Source: Theionarchaea archaeon
Lineage (GTDB): Archaea > Methanobacteriota_B > Thermococci > Methanofastidiosales > SZ-28-30
NCBI GenBank assembly: GCA_018992685.1
Contig: JACVGT010000021.1
Span: 64,001 to 128,000, forward strand
Direction: 5' to 3'
Length of the DNA stretch: 64,000 bases
Shown here: piece by piece, positions 52,373 to 63,103 of the stretch
Layout: the number at the start of each line of letters is the position of its first letter
Numbering within the stretch: position 1 is the first letter of the stretch
Translations under genes and position numbers: made by a program
Notes under the pieces: generated by a model
The model's database searches: none
What the model saw: the letters and a program-made list of their open reading frames with translations, nothing else
Told to the model about the DNA's origin: nothing

Positions 52373-53209
52373 ATGAAACGCCGGATCAACTGGATGCGGG
52401 TCATAAGTATTACTGGATTGGCCCTGGCTTTCCTGGGCATCCAGATCATTTTCACAAGCTATACACTGTTTGATACGAATTTTGATCATGTGATCTCCAT
52501 GCTCATAAGGAGAGGCGCCATTGAAACTGTGGTGGCCCTGCTGTTGTTTGTGGTAGTTGCCAAGAATACGACCCTGCATGACATCAAAGTTATCCTGCAC
52601 AGTCTGAGAGTATATGTTGTACTGGCAAGTCTATTTCTGTTGCTTGGATTCGTTGCGGGTATTTTCCTGCAGGAGGCTTTCAAGGGACTTGCCCAAACTA
52701 TTTTTGAAGAATTGGCCAGGGAAGCTGAAAAAATCCAATCCATTCCATCCCACTATCAGGTTCTTGTAATTTTTGGAAACAATTCCCGTGTTACAGCACT
52801 CTCTGGTATCGTTTCTGGAATTATAGCCCCTTTTTTCCTTGTTGGAGTCCTGGTCCCGCCAGTGGTCATGGGGATGAACGGATTCATACTGGGGTTTGCC
52901 CCCGGTCTTGTGGGGATGAGCTGGTCTGATTTTATGATAGCCATTGCCCCCCACGGGATATTTGAAATTCCTGCCCTGGTTCTGTCTGCGGCTGTCGGAT
53001 TGAAGTTTGCCATCTCAGTACTCCAAGCCTGCATTGGGTATCTGTTTCCTCCACCAGGTGTCAAGGCGATGGAGGCCTTCCTAGACAGGATCAGACCTGG
53101 ATGGTATTCACTGAAGCTCTTTGCCTTGATCATTCCCCTTCTCGTGGTGGCTGCATTCGTCGAAGCTTACGTCACCCCGCAGATCATGGAGCTTTTTGGC
53201 ATCTTGTAA
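52373..53209 (+). CDS. SpoIIM-like (DUF95) membrane protein
   Basis: IFGNN, MNGFILG, APHGIFEIPA, AAFVEAYVTP. Confidence 0.85.
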   Translation: MKRRINWMRVISITGLALAFLGIQIIFTSYTLFDTNFDHVISMLIRRGAIETVVALLLFVVVAKNTTLHDIKVILHSLRVYVVLASLFLLLGFVAGIFLQEAFKGLAQTIFEELAREAEKIQSIPSHYQVLVIFGNNSRVTALSGIVSGIIAPFFLVGVLVPPVVMGMNGFILGFAPGLVGMSWSDFMIAIAPHGIFEIPALVLSAAVGLKFAISVLQACIGYLFPPPGVKAMEAFLDRIRPGWYSLKLFALIIPLLVVAAFVEAYVTPQIMELFGIL

Positions 53210-53305
53210 TCGAGGGTACACCTGAACTGAGTAATGGCTGAAAAGGGTACGTGGGAATCCTGAAAATCCTAAACCCTTATAACTTCTGGTGCTGTGCTGT
53301 AGACA

Positions 53306-54724
53306 ATGCAGAAGAAACGCAGTGATGGCAACTTAGCAATTCTGACCTCCATTATCGTCCCAACAGCCATCATGATATACCGGAATGACAGCATGAGCCT
53401 TTTTGAATTCCGCGTTCTAATGGGGGGGTTTTTGATCCCTATTTTTGGAGAATTCCTTCTCTTCCAGAAAAAGAAAAGTTCTGCCTTGAAGTGGATCTTG
53501 TTTTCCCACACGTCTCTGTTCATTCTTGCAGTAATTGCTCTCTCCTTTCACAAGAAGGAGCACCTGTTCTTTGGACTGTTCTCTGCAGGGATACTGATCA
53601 TTCTCCTCTCCAATGCAGTAATAGATAATCTCTCTTTCACTGCCCGGGTCATGAGGCTATTTACGGGAGGCATTGCGTTCTGGGTTGTAGTTTCATATTT
53701 TCCTCTAAACATTGTGCTTTCAGTGATATTTGGAGCCGTAGCATTCTTTCTGTGTTACATTTTCTTTGAGATTCCTGTGAAGATCACTCCCACGCAACCT
53801 CCCAAGTCAGTCGAACAGAGTGTACCACCTCGCGAGCTTGTGCTCATGTCCCCAGCGGCGCAATTTTTCCGTAAGCGGGATTTTTCCCGGCTGACAAGCG
53901 AAGTTAATACACTCATTGAGGTGACGGATTGCTCACCATATGCAGAGCGGACTATCAGAGAAGAAGCTCTCACCTATATTCTCCAGCTCTATTCGCGAAA
54001 AGCAGAGTCTTTTGAGCAGTGTGTTGCGCAGCCTGACCTGCAGGAATTTCATGATAAAGTTGATCACTGCAGGAGGCTTCTGGCAAAGATGCAGCAGGCA
54101 GAGACGGGGTGGAACAACCTCAGGGCAGACCTGTCCTTTCTGAAGAAACATGTCAAGGAAGCCACTTCGCAGCAGATCCAAGAGATTCTTTCTCAAATCT
54201 CTAACTTCAAAGAGGAATATGGCAATCATGTGCCTGAAAAAGATATGGCTGCTCTTTCCAAAGAGGTTGCTGCTACTTCGCAGTATATTGCACACTACGA
54301 TGTCATTAGAGAAGAATGGGGCAACTTGGCAAAGGAGGTATCTCGGCTCATGAGACGACTTGAAGTTGCTCAACCGTCTGAATGCCAGACATTGAGGGAC
54401 CGGTTCACGGAGAATGTGGGCCTCTTTCAAAGATGCATTCCTCTGGAGAAGATTGAGGAAATGCGCCAGAAGATTACGTACTGTCACTCTCTTTCACAAC
54501 TGATGGAAGAATGGAAAACCCTCAAGGCATCCCTGAATAGTGTCTTGAGTGCAACCCAGGATTCCGGACAGGAAATTGCGGAGCTTGAACGGCTTTTCCT
54601 TTCTAAAACGGATGAATTTGCATCTATAGTGCCCCCTGATGAAATATCATGGATGAAAGTTCGACTTAGGCTGGCACGTCTCAGCCATGAGAGATCTGGA
54701 CAGAAAGGTCAAGACGCGGGCTGA
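53306..54724 (+). CDS. Hypothetical membrane protein with long helical soluble domain
   Basis: About six N-terminal TM segments, then repeated amphipathic helices; TATA CTTATAA upstream. Confidence 0.7.
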   Translation: MQKKRSDGNLAILTSIIVPTAIMIYRNDSMSLFEFRVLMGGFLIPIFGEFLLFQKKKSSALKWILFSHTSLFILAVIALSFHKKEHLFFGLFSAGILIILLSNAVIDNLSFTARVMRLFTGGIAFWVVVSYFPLNIVLSVIFGAVAFFLCYIFFEIPVKITPTQPPKSVEQSVPPRELVLMSPAAQFFRKRDFSRLTSEVNTLIEVTDCSPYAERTIREEALTYILQLYSRKAESFEQCVAQPDLQEFHDKVDHCRRLLAKMQQAETGWNNLRADLSFLKKHVKEATSQQIQEILSQISNFKEEYGNHVPEKDMAALSKEVAATSQYIAHYDVIREEWGNLAKEVSRLMRRLEVAQPSECQTLRDRFTENVGLFQRCIPLEKIEEMRQKITYCHSLSQLMEEWKTLKASLNSVLSATQDSGQEIAELERLFLSKTDEFASIVPPDEISWMKVRLRLARLSHERSGQKGQDAG

Positions 54725-54745
54725 TTGAACAAATGGAGAGTAAGC

Positions 54746-55432
54746 ATGAAGGTTTCACTGGTATTTCCGACCCGAAATGAAAAACTTACCATAGGAGGCT
54801 GCATAAATAAGGCCAGGGAGGCTCTCCGTCAGAATTCATTCGATGTAGAGGTTATCGTCTGTGATAGTTCTGTGGACGCTACTCCACAGATTGCTCTGGA
54901 TCTGGGAGCCGATGTCATTTCTTGCACCACACTGGGGTACGGTCGTGCGTGTCGAACAGGACTTCACCATTCCTCAGGGAATGTTATCGTGATATGTGAT
55001 GCAGATGGGACTTATCCCTTGGAAATACTAGAAGAATTCATCGAACCAGCGATTTCGGGTGAAGCAGATCTCGTGATTGGGAATCGATTTACCAGCATCA
55101 TGGAAAAGGGTGCCATGCCATGGCACCACAAATATGTGGGTAATCCCTTTCTCACCGGTGTACTGAATCTCCTTTTTGGGATGGATATTAAAGATGCACA
55201 CTGCGGGATGAGGGCAGTAACCCGGAAAGCGTATCAGAACATGCATATGAAGTGCGATGGCATGGAATTCGCATCAGAAATGCTTGTTGAAGCCAAGAGG
55301 TGTGGCCTCACCATCAGACAAGTTCCCATACCCTACTTTTCAAGGAGATCTCCTTCTCATCTTAATTCATTTTCAGACGGATGGAGGCATTTTTGGTTCC
55401 TGGTTTCACGCTGGATCAGATCTCATCTGTAG
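54746..55432 (+). CDS. GT2 glycosyltransferase (dolichol-phosphate glycosyltransferase-like)
   Basis: PTRNE, GYGRA, DADGTY, GNRF, DAHCGMR, MEFASEM. Confidence 0.9.
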   Translation: MKVSLVFPTRNEKLTIGGCINKAREALRQNSFDVEVIVCDSSVDATPQIALDLGADVISCTTLGYGRACRTGLHHSSGNVIVICDADGTYPLEILEEFIEPAISGEADLVIGNRFTSIMEKGAMPWHHKYVGNPFLTGVLNLLFGMDIKDAHCGMRAVTRKAYQNMHMKCDGMEFASEMLVEAKRCGLTIRQVPIPYFSRRSPSHLNSFSDGWRHFWFLVSRWIRSHL

Positions 55433-55550
55433 CTGTTTCAGAGAATGCCCGGGGAATGCGAGGGTTTATATAGAACGATTCGATGAGTACGTATAGATCG
55501 GAAACCATTTCCGGAAAAAGAAATGAGAAAACAGCTGAGGAGAGTTCAGT

Positions 55551-56432
55551 ATGGAAACGCTCTCTATAATTATCCCGACACTGGATGAAGAGGAAGCCAT
55601 TGGACTGGTTCTGGACGAATGCCTGTCAGTACTGGAGACTCTGCCCTTTGAATCAGAGGTAATTGTGGTGGATGGGAATTCTTGTGATAAGACAGCAGAA
55701 ATTGCCAGAGAAAGGGGAGCCAGAGTGATAACGGAAAAGCGAAGAGGGAAGGGCACTGCCATAATGACTGCATTCAGAAGAACAAGTTCCGAGTATGTAA
55801 TTATGATGGATGGGGATTTCTCCTATGATCCACGGGATATACCCAGAATGCTGGCCCCATTACGTAACAATGAAGCCGACTGCGTACTGGGGAAGAGAAA
55901 TCCTGCAGAAGGCTCCATGGCCAGGGTCAACAATGTGGGTAACCGGATCATCAGTGGACTCGTCCGGATGTTGTACAACATTCCTGTTTGTGATGTGTGC
56001 ACAGGGTTTTGGGCACTCAAGAAAGATGTGGTGGCGATTTTGAAGAATAGTGATGCAGGGGGATTTGACCTGGAGGCCACCATGTTGATAAGAACGTTCC
56101 ACGGAGGATACCACGTTGCAGAAGTACCTGTGGGGTACAGGCAGAGGAAAGGGACTGCAAAGTTGCGTCCTCTGCGAAGTGGGATTACTATTGTAGCTAC
56201 TGTAGTAAGGATGTTGCGAGACTACAATCCACTCCTTCTGTTCGGGGGAATCAGCTTGCTGAGCTTTCTTATTGGGGGGTTTCTAGGGGTTAATGTGATA
56301 TCCATGTTTCAGAAATATGGAGAAATCATGATCGGAAGGGCTTTGTTGACAGTGCTTTTCATTCTGATCGGTGTCCAGAGTTTGTTTTTCGGGCTACTCT
56401 CTGATATGATTCTGAGAAGGGATATGAGATGA
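55551..56432 (+). CDS. GT2 glycosyltransferase with C-terminal TM pair (DPM/AglJ-like)
   Basis: IIPTLDEE, VVDGNS, GKG, MDGD, DVCTGF. Confidence 0.9.
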   Translation: METLSIIIPTLDEEEAIGLVLDECLSVLETLPFESEVIVVDGNSCDKTAEIARERGARVITEKRRGKGTAIMTAFRRTSSEYVIMMDGDFSYDPRDIPRMLAPLRNNEADCVLGKRNPAEGSMARVNNVGNRIISGLVRMLYNIPVCDVCTGFWALKKDVVAILKNSDAGGFDLEATMLIRTFHGGYHVAEVPVGYRQRKGTAKLRPLRSGITIVATVVRMLRDYNPLLLFGGISLLSFLIGGFLGVNVISMFQKYGEIMIGRALLTVLFILIGVQSLFFGLLSDMILRRDMR

Positions 56433-57616
56433 TACACATATTGCTGATTTTGAGCGGTATTTCTCTCTTGTTGTTCTACTCTTCATACTATTGCCTAGTT
56501 CTGCTTGAATCCAGAAAGAATAAAACAAAAAGGCCATTTGAAACGAGTGTATCCATTATTATCCCAACGTATAATGAGGAAAAAACTATAGAGCAAAAGC
56601 TCCAGAATGTAGGAAGTCAAGACTACACCGGCAAGATGGAAATTCTCGTTGTCGACAGTTCTACAGACGGGACGCTGGAGACAGTCAAGCACTGCGCAGG
56701 AACGGATCCGTGCATACGCGTCCTACATGAAGAAACCAGAAGAGGAAAAGCATTTGCGCTTAATCAGGCATTCCCCGTCTGTTCTGGCGAAATCATTGTT
56801 ATAACTGATGCAGATGCGATCTGGGCACGTGATACTTTGAAGGAGGCCATTATGAATTTCTCAGATCCGGAAGTGGGGGCAGTCACAGGGAGGCAGATCC
56901 TTTTGAATCCAACACAAACGCGTGCAACAGAAACTGAGCGTGTCTACAGAAAATTCTATGAGATTCTGAGGATTGCGGAGAGCAACATAGATTCAACTCC
57001 CATATTCCATGGCGAACTGGCTTGCTATAGGAGGGATCTCCTGGAAAAAGTCACTGAAAATAGCATGGCAGACGATTCAGAGCTGGCTCTATCTGTTCGG
57101 AAAAAAGGAGCTAGAAGTATCTATGATCCAAAATCAGTGTTCTTTGAGTACGCACCTCCCACATGGAGGTCTAGATACATTCAAAAAGTCAGAAGGGGTC
57201 AGGGGTTACAGCAGCTCTTCTGTCGGAACTGGAGAATCCTTTTCAATTCCACCTACGGTAGGTTCGGCCTCGTGGTGTATCCAGCGGAGTTTTTTATGCA
57301 TGTTGTGTCTCCTAATCTAGTGTTGCTTTTTGTGATAACACTATTATGGACAGCGATCAAGAATTTCCTGGGCTATTTTCTGGTTCTTGCACTTGGTCTT
57401 ACCCTCCTGTACTTGATAAGTGGAAAAACTCTTGAGACTTTTGCCACTTTTTTTCAATCACAATTCATCCTTATAATTTCTCTGATTCGTTTGATCTCAG
57501 GACATTCTCAGCATGTGTGGCCCCAAGTGGAGGAGATTAGAGACCTGTGGGAAATCGAGATGTTCGAATCGAATGGCACTCATGAAGAACAAGGGGTCAA
57601 TAGGCATCATGAATAA
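56429..57616 (+). CDS. GT2 glycosyltransferase, processive/cellulose synthase-like, membrane-bound
   Basis: IIPTYNEE, GKA, TDAD, ADD, QKVRR (QxxRW-like); flanking TM segments. Confidence 0.88.
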   Translation: MIHILLILSGISLLLFYSSYYCLVLLESRKNKTKRPFETSVSIIIPTYNEEKTIEQKLQNVGSQDYTGKMEILVVDSSTDGTLETVKHCAGTDPCIRVLHEETRRGKAFALNQAFPVCSGEIIVITDADAIWARDTLKEAIMNFSDPEVGAVTGRQILLNPTQTRATETERVYRKFYEILRIAESNIDSTPIFHGELACYRRDLLEKVTENSMADDSELALSVRKKGARSIYDPKSVFFEYAPPTWRSRYIQKVRRGQGLQQLFCRNWRILFNSTYGRFGLVVYPAEFFMHVVSPNLVLLFVITLLWTAIKNFLGYFLVLALGLTLLYLISGKTLETFATFFQSQFILIISLIRLISGHSQHVWPQVEEIRDLWEIEMFESNGTHEEQGVNRHHE

Positions 57617-57661
57617 TAAATCCTATAAGTGAAAACTGCGTGTAGGAGGCGGAGAGTCTGA

Positions 57662-58582
57662 ATGGAAAAGATATTGGTGACAGGTGGGGCTGGCTTCATT
57701 GGCAGCCACCTCGTTGATCATTTGGTGAGCTGTGGAGAGGTTGTGGTCATTGACAACTTCGAAACAGGGAAAATATCCAACTTGAAACAGGTTAGAGACA
57801 GAATACGTCTGGTGAAGGGTGACATCAGAGATAGTAATCTCTTAAAAAGGGTTATTGTAGATATTGATACTGTATTTCATTTTGCAGCTAGTGCGTCTGT
57901 GCCCCTTTCTTTTCATGATCCACGAATTGATCTAGAAACAAATGCGCTTGGCACTCTCAACCTGTTGCAGGCTGCAGCCGAATCTGATGTTGAAAGGATT
58001 ATTTATGCTTCCTCTGCAGCAGTCTATGGCGAGCCTCAATATCTTCCTGTGGATGAGGATCATCCAGTCTCTCCGATTTCACCGTACGGCATGACGAAGT
58101 ATCTGGGTGAGCGATACGGCATGATATTCAGAGAACGTTATGGAATTTCCTTTTCATCTGCACGCATCTTCAATGTTTACGGACCGCGGCAGGCCAATAA
58201 CGTAGTGCACGATTTGCTGTCAAAGCTCAGTAAGAATCCTCGAACTCTCGAGGTTTTGGGAACGGGTGAGCAAGTAAGAGATTTCTCTCATATAGCAGAT
58301 ATAATTGACGCACTTCTTCTCATCGCGAAAAGAGGGGATGGGACATACAATGTTGCAAGTGGAAATGCAATTACTGTTAGAGAACTGGCACAAATGCTTG
58401 TTGGGCTAATATTTCCATCTGTAGATATATCGTATACAGGATCATCATGGGAAGGAGATGTTAGTCGTTTGTCGGCAGACATTGCACGATTGTCAGAGCT
58501 TGGATTCATTCCTCGAGTCCCTCTGGAAGAGGGCCTTAGCCACACAGTGCAGTGGTTCTTCACAAGGAGAAGAGAGGTATGA
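57662..58582 (+). CDS. NAD-dependent nucleotide-sugar epimerase/dehydratase
   Basis: TGGAGFIG, SSAAVYG, YGMTK, FNVYGP. Confidence 0.92.
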   Translation: MEKILVTGGAGFIGSHLVDHLVSCGEVVVIDNFETGKISNLKQVRDRIRLVKGDIRDSNLLKRVIVDIDTVFHFAASASVPLSFHDPRIDLETNALGTLNLLQAAAESDVERIIYASSAAVYGEPQYLPVDEDHPVSPISPYGMTKYLGERYGMIFRERYGISFSSARIFNVYGPRQANNVVHDLLSKLSKNPRTLEVLGTGEQVRDFSHIADIIDALLLIAKRGDGTYNVASGNAITVRELAQMLVGLIFPSVDISYTGSSWEGDVSRLSADIARLSELGFIPRVPLEEGLSHTVQWFFTRRREV

Positions 58583-59634
58583 GAATAATTCAGATAACTC
58601 CCAGGTACCTGCCATTCTATGGCGGAGTCGAAATTCATGTAAAATACATTTCAGAGTGGCTTGCAAGGATGCATGAAGTGGTAGTTCTTACCTGTGACCC
58701 TGTGGGTGGTCTTCCAAGGGAGGAAATCATCAATGGCGTTTTCGTCAGAAGATTTCGGGGATTTGCTCCAGGGGAGGCGTACTATTTCTCTCCGGAAATG
58801 GCACTAGAAATAAAACGAGCACATCCTGATATTCTTCACGCTCACAACTATCATGCGTTTCCTTTCTTCGCCTCAGCATTGGGAACCTCAAAACTTGTAG
58901 TCACGCCTCACTATCACGGAAGGGGTCACACTTGGCTGCGGAATATTCTGCTGGGCGGATTTCGTCCAATAGGAAAAGTAGTTTTTGGAAAGGCAGACAA
59001 GATATTATATCTGTCGTCGCACGAAAGGAGGCTACTCAAGGAGCATTTTGGAATAGGTGATAGTAAATTGTATTTTCTTCCGAATGGAGTAGACCCCAGT
59101 GAATTGAGGAATCCGAAAACGAAAACAAGAAAGCAGAATCAGAAAACCATTCTTTGCGTGAGTAGACTCCAGAAATATAAGGGAATCCATTATGCTATAC
59201 ATGCACTTTCCCATTTGGATTCCAGGTTTGAACTTGAAATAGTGGGAACCGGTCCATACAAGAAAGATCTGATCCGACTGGTTAAGGAAACCGGACTTGA
59301 AGAAAGAGTCACCTTCTATGAGAATTTGCCGCGAAAGCTCCTTCTCGAAAGATATGGTGAGGCGGATGTTTTCGTTCTTCTCTCTTCAGCAGAAAGTTAT
59401 GGAATATCTGTTGGAGAAGCCCTTGCGTCAGGAATACCATGTATAGTGGCAAATACTTCTGCCCTATCAGCGTGGGCTGACGGGAAGACCTGTTTTGGGA
59501 TTGATATTCCTCCGAATATTGAAAGGCTTGCAGGCTTGATAAGGGAGGTTTCAACTGCAATTTCTGAACCAGTTGAGTTGCCGACATGGCCAGAGATAGG
59601 CCAGAGATTGAATCAGATCTATCAGATGGAGTAA
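58579..59634 (+). CDS. GT4 glycosyltransferase
   Basis: GGVE, PNGVD, SRLQKYKG, ESYGISVGEALASG. Confidence 0.92.
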   Translation: MRIIQITPRYLPFYGGVEIHVKYISEWLARMHEVVVLTCDPVGGLPREEIINGVFVRRFRGFAPGEAYYFSPEMALEIKRAHPDILHAHNYHAFPFFASALGTSKLVVTPHYHGRGHTWLRNILLGGFRPIGKVVFGKADKILYLSSHERRLLKEHFGIGDSKLYFLPNGVDPSELRNPKTKTRKQNQKTILCVSRLQKYKGIHYAIHALSHLDSRFELEIVGTGPYKKDLIRLVKETGLEERVTFYENLPRKLLLERYGEADVFVLLSSAESYGISVGEALASGIPCIVANTSALSAWADGKTCFGIDIPPNIERLAGLIREVSTAISEPVELPTWPEIGQRLNQIYQME

Positions 59635-59739
59635 TCCCTTTTTCTGGCCTTCGGGCGGAATCCTTGGATTTGGTGTTCGCCAGAACATCAAAGCAAGACT
59701 AGGTTAAACTTTATATGACTGATTATCTAACATTGACGG

Positions 59740-61533
59740 GTGTCCCCTTTGACAAGAAAGAGACTCTGCATTCTGATCTCCGCAGTTCTTGGAGAGGTTG
59801 GTCTTTTCTGGTTGGTGCTGGAAATATGGAATGGGGAATCATCCCTGGGGGCCTACATTCTGGGCTCAATCATCGTTTCAATGTCAATTTGCTATTTGAC
59901 TCTTGAATCTGAAGACTATAGAATTCCCACTTTTCTCGTCTTTATGGCATGTCTATACCTTACAAGTGCCTATTTTATGTATGTTGCCTTTGGTTCGCTC
60001 CCGCCTGGAGATGAAATGATTGAGTATGCAGCAATTGATATGTTTTCGGCTGAAAATCACCTTTTTGCCGTCAAATCATCGCCGGACACTCCGTGGTATT
60101 TTTCCTCCCCTGCCAACAGGCTCGCGTGGTACACATCATGGCCAGGAATCTATAGTTGCTCTGTTTCTCTGGTTGAGGTATCGGGAATCGATCCATACTA
60201 TGTGCCAATGATTCTACCTTTGTTCTTTACCATTGTGAAATTCATGATTGTGTATTCCCTTGCTGTCCACATAGGTAATGATTTGTCTTTGCATAAGAAT
60301 TTTATTCCCATTTTTGTTCTTATCTTTGCATTTTTGCCTGAATCCATCTATTTTAATTTCAAGTTTGTCAGGCAGAATATGGCCATTGTCTTATTCTTTT
60401 TCATCATATACTTGTCCTATAGAATTGCTACTTCTCGGACCAAATTGAGTCCTCTATCCTGGCTTTTCTGGCTTTTCTCGATAGTCCTTGTTATCACCCA
60501 TCATCTAACATCATTCATTTACATATCTTACTTGTTTTTTATTATTTTTTTCTCTGTGGTTTTCAAATACAAATACAGAATCGATTTGAAAATTAGGACG
60601 ATAATCCTGCCAATTTTCGCTATAATGTCTGTGGTGATTGTGGGTTTCTGGACGAACTTTTCTAGTCTGATTATGGGATCAATAGAGGCAGCACTCAATA
60701 ACATTCATTCATTTTCATTGTCTTTCATTACAAGCCATTGCTTCCCTCAGGTGCTCACACCGTTTTGGTCAATCATCCTCTTGAATATGAGAGACTTTCT
60801 TCTTTTGATTGGATGTTTAGCCGGATATGCTCTCCTCATTGTTTTTTTCCTCAGAATGGATAAAACTGGCAAAAAGGTACCAATTGTATCCTTTTTAGTG
60901 TTGTCAATTTCCTCCTTTGGGATTATTTTTCTCCTTCTTGTTCTTCTTAGAAGGGAACCCTTTCGGATGATAGCGATTTGCACACCCTTCCTCTCTCTGA
61001 CCTTTTCTTTCTTCATGCTCAAATTGAATGAGAGAAGAACATTCTCATTCGTTCTCATTTTCTTAATAGTTTTCTCGTCCTTCTTGGGATTTTGGGGGCA
61101 CCAATATGTGCCGCTACACATGTATTCAAGTCAAGTTCAGAAAGAAGAGGTCGAGGGCTTTATTATGTTCGATACGTCTAGAGTTGAAGCATTGAAGGGA
61201 TTTTTCGATCAGGATTACAGAATTTCAACAGAAGCTCAGATTCTCTCTGATGGAAGACAAATCTTTTTTGTCCTCGCCCCGCGCCATTATTCGAATGTAT
61301 ATAGTACGACTGCATTCACGCCATATTACACGTATGAACAGGCGTTCACTGAAAGCGAAAACATTATTATCGTCTGTTTCAATACGGCATTCTACTCCCA
61401 CTTCAACCCACATTGCGGAGCAGGAGATTTATACATTTCGTGGGAGAGAATATTCACTAGAGGGGAGGAGGGAGATAAGATATACGATAGTGGAATCCAG
61501 GTGTATGTGAACTCATCTGATCCAGAGATGTGA
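59740..61533 (+). CDS. Polytopic membrane protein, possible GT-C glycosyltransferase or polymerase
   Basis: About 12-13 TM segments, acidic GDE loop, YTSWP, ITHHLTS; very T-rich; lies within the glycosylation cluster; start uncertain (GTG 59740 or TTG 59749). Confidence 0.65.
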   Translation: MSPLTRKRLCILISAVLGEVGLFWLVLEIWNGESSLGAYILGSIIVSMSICYLTLESEDYRIPTFLVFMACLYLTSAYFMYVAFGSLPPGDEMIEYAAIDMFSAENHLFAVKSSPDTPWYFSSPANRLAWYTSWPGIYSCSVSLVEVSGIDPYYVPMILPLFFTIVKFMIVYSLAVHIGNDLSLHKNFIPIFVLIFAFLPESIYFNFKFVRQNMAIVLFFFIIYLSYRIATSRTKLSPLSWLFWLFSIVLVITHHLTSFIYISYLFFIIFFSVVFKYKYRIDLKIRTIILPIFAIMSVVIVGFWTNFSSLIMGSIEAALNNIHSFSLSFITSHCFPQVLTPFWSIILLNMRDFLLLIGCLAGYALLIVFFLRMDKTGKKVPIVSFLVLSISSFGIIFLLLVLLRREPFRMIAICTPFLSLTFSFFMLKLNERRTFSFVLIFLIVFSSFLGFWGHQYVPLHMYSSQVQKEEVEGFIMFDTSRVEALKGFFDQDYRISTEAQILSDGRQIFFVLAPRHYSNVYSTTAFTPYYTYEQAFTESENIIIVCFNTAFYSHFNPHCGAGDLYISWERIFTRGEEGDKIYDSGIQVYVNSSDPEM

Positions 61534-61537
61534 TTCT

Positions 61538-63103
61538 ATGACAAGATCCAAGAATGTAAACAACCGCCACAGAGTCATCATCGTGGGACTTGATGGAGCT
61601 TCCTGGGAGGCATTGAATCCCCTTATTCAAGAAGGTCTGGTTCCCACCATAGAGATGCTTTGCAGAGAAGGATGCAGTGGAGTCCTGCAAAGTACCATTC
61701 CTCCCATAACTCCTCCCGCCTGGACCTCTCTGGTTACGGGGGTGAATCCAGGAAAACATGGCATTTTTGACATGACAATCGTTGACACAGACTATCATCA
61801 GAAGCTTCCGAGTTCTTTTGACATTCAGGCTGACACTCTGTGGGACCTAATTGAAAATTCTGTAGTAATCGATTTCCCCGTATCATATCCCCCTAATGCG
61901 ATTTCTGGAGTTATGATTTCAGGAATGTTTACTCCGCACAGAGGCAAGGAATTCACTCATCCAAAGGCGCTGCGAGATGAAATCCTTCACACGATGCCAC
62001 ACTACAAGTTTGACCTACATTGGGAAAGATATCGGGGCAGAAAAGAACAGCTCCTGACCAACCTATATGGGATGACTGAAGATAGGGAGTATTTGCTTTT
62101 CAGGTTCCTAAACACGGCGTGGAATCTGTTTTTCATCGTATTTACAGGAACAGACAGATTGCAGCACGTAGCATGGAATGAACAGGAACTGAAGGATTAT
62201 TACTGTTATCTGGATCAGATTCTAGAGAAAGTTCTCCAGAAAATAGAGAACACAGAAACTATTCTCCTCATGGTCTCAGATCATGGATTCGATGCAGTTA
62301 GCAACGTAGTCAATATTAACACATTCTTATATGAGGAAGGATACTTGAACTTGAAGAAGCGTGTATCGCCATTACGCCGTCTGGGGGTGACAGAAGAGCG
62401 CATATTTAGATTACTGAATAAGTTTCAGCTAATCGATACTCGACTAGCCTTACAATATCCTGCAGTAACTAGATTTACAAGAAAGCTTCTTCCGAGAAGC
62501 AGCAGCTTTGATCTTGAGAATGATGTCGAGTGGAGTAAAACAGAAGCTTTTTTCAGTGGATATGGGATATATATAAATGACACGAGATTCAGAAAAGGCA
62601 TAGTCACAGATGATGTTGTAGTCAGAGAGGGCATAATTGAGAAACTGAAATCCATTAGAGATCCCGCAAGTGGAAAAAGGGTCATAGAGAATATTTATAC
62701 AAGAGAGGATATCTATGTTGGTTCTAACTCAGGATCGGCGCCTGATTTGGTAATTATTCCCAAAAGAGGCTATTCTCTTGGCGAGGCCATCTCTAGTGTG
62801 ATTGAACCAACAGATTTCATGAAAGCAGATCATCGTCCGGAAGGGGTTTGTATAGTATTCGGACCAGGTATTAAGAAAGGAAAGACCCTCGGGAATGTCT
62901 CTATTTGTGACATTGCCCCCACAACCCTTCACATTTTAGGATTCATGCAGCCCGGGTACATGGATGGGACTGCGCGTCAAGAAATATTTCAGCAGGACTC
63001 AGACTTGGCAGCATCGACTGAACTGAAAATCATTAGCGAGAGGTTAAGGATTAAAAAGAACGTTAGAGATCTGAAAAAATCTGGGAAACTTGGCCTCATA
63101 TGA
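61538..63103 (+). CDS. Alkaline phosphatase superfamily (type I phosphodiesterase/nucleotide pyrophosphatase-like) protein
   Basis: GLDGA, STIPPITPPAWTS..TGVNPGKHG, DRLQH, SDHG, DHRPEG. Confidence 0.88.
   Translation: MTRSKNVNNRHRVIIVGLDGASWEALNPLIQEGLVPTIEMLCREGCSGVLQSTIPPITPPAWTSLVTGVNPGKHGIFDMTIVDTDYHQKLPSSFDIQADTLWDLIENSVVIDFPVSYPPNAISGVMISGMFTPHRGKEFTHPKALRDEILHTMPHYKFDLHWERYRGRKEQLLTNLYGMTEDREYLLFRFLNTAWNLFFIVFTGTDRLQHVAWNEQELKDYYCYLDQILEKVLQKIENTETILLMVSDHGFDAVSNVVNINTFLYEEGYLNLKKRVSPLRRLGVTEERIFRLLNKFQLIDTRLALQYPAVTRFTRKLLPRSSSFDLENDVEWSKTEAFFSGYGIYINDTRFRKGIVTDDVVVREGIIEKLKSIRDPASGKRVIENIYTREDIYVGSNSGSAPDLVIIPKRGYSLGEAISSVIEPTDFMKADHRPEGVCIVFGPGIKKGKTLGNVSICDIAPTTLHILGFMQPGYMDGTARQEIFQQDSDLAASTELKIISERLRIKKNVRDLKKSGKLGLI

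Noticed and set aside
59665-59690. Fluoride riboswitch-like GGATTTGGTGTTCGCC
   Set aside because: Lacks the GAUG 5' strand and the downstream CUGAUGAC/pseudoknot elements
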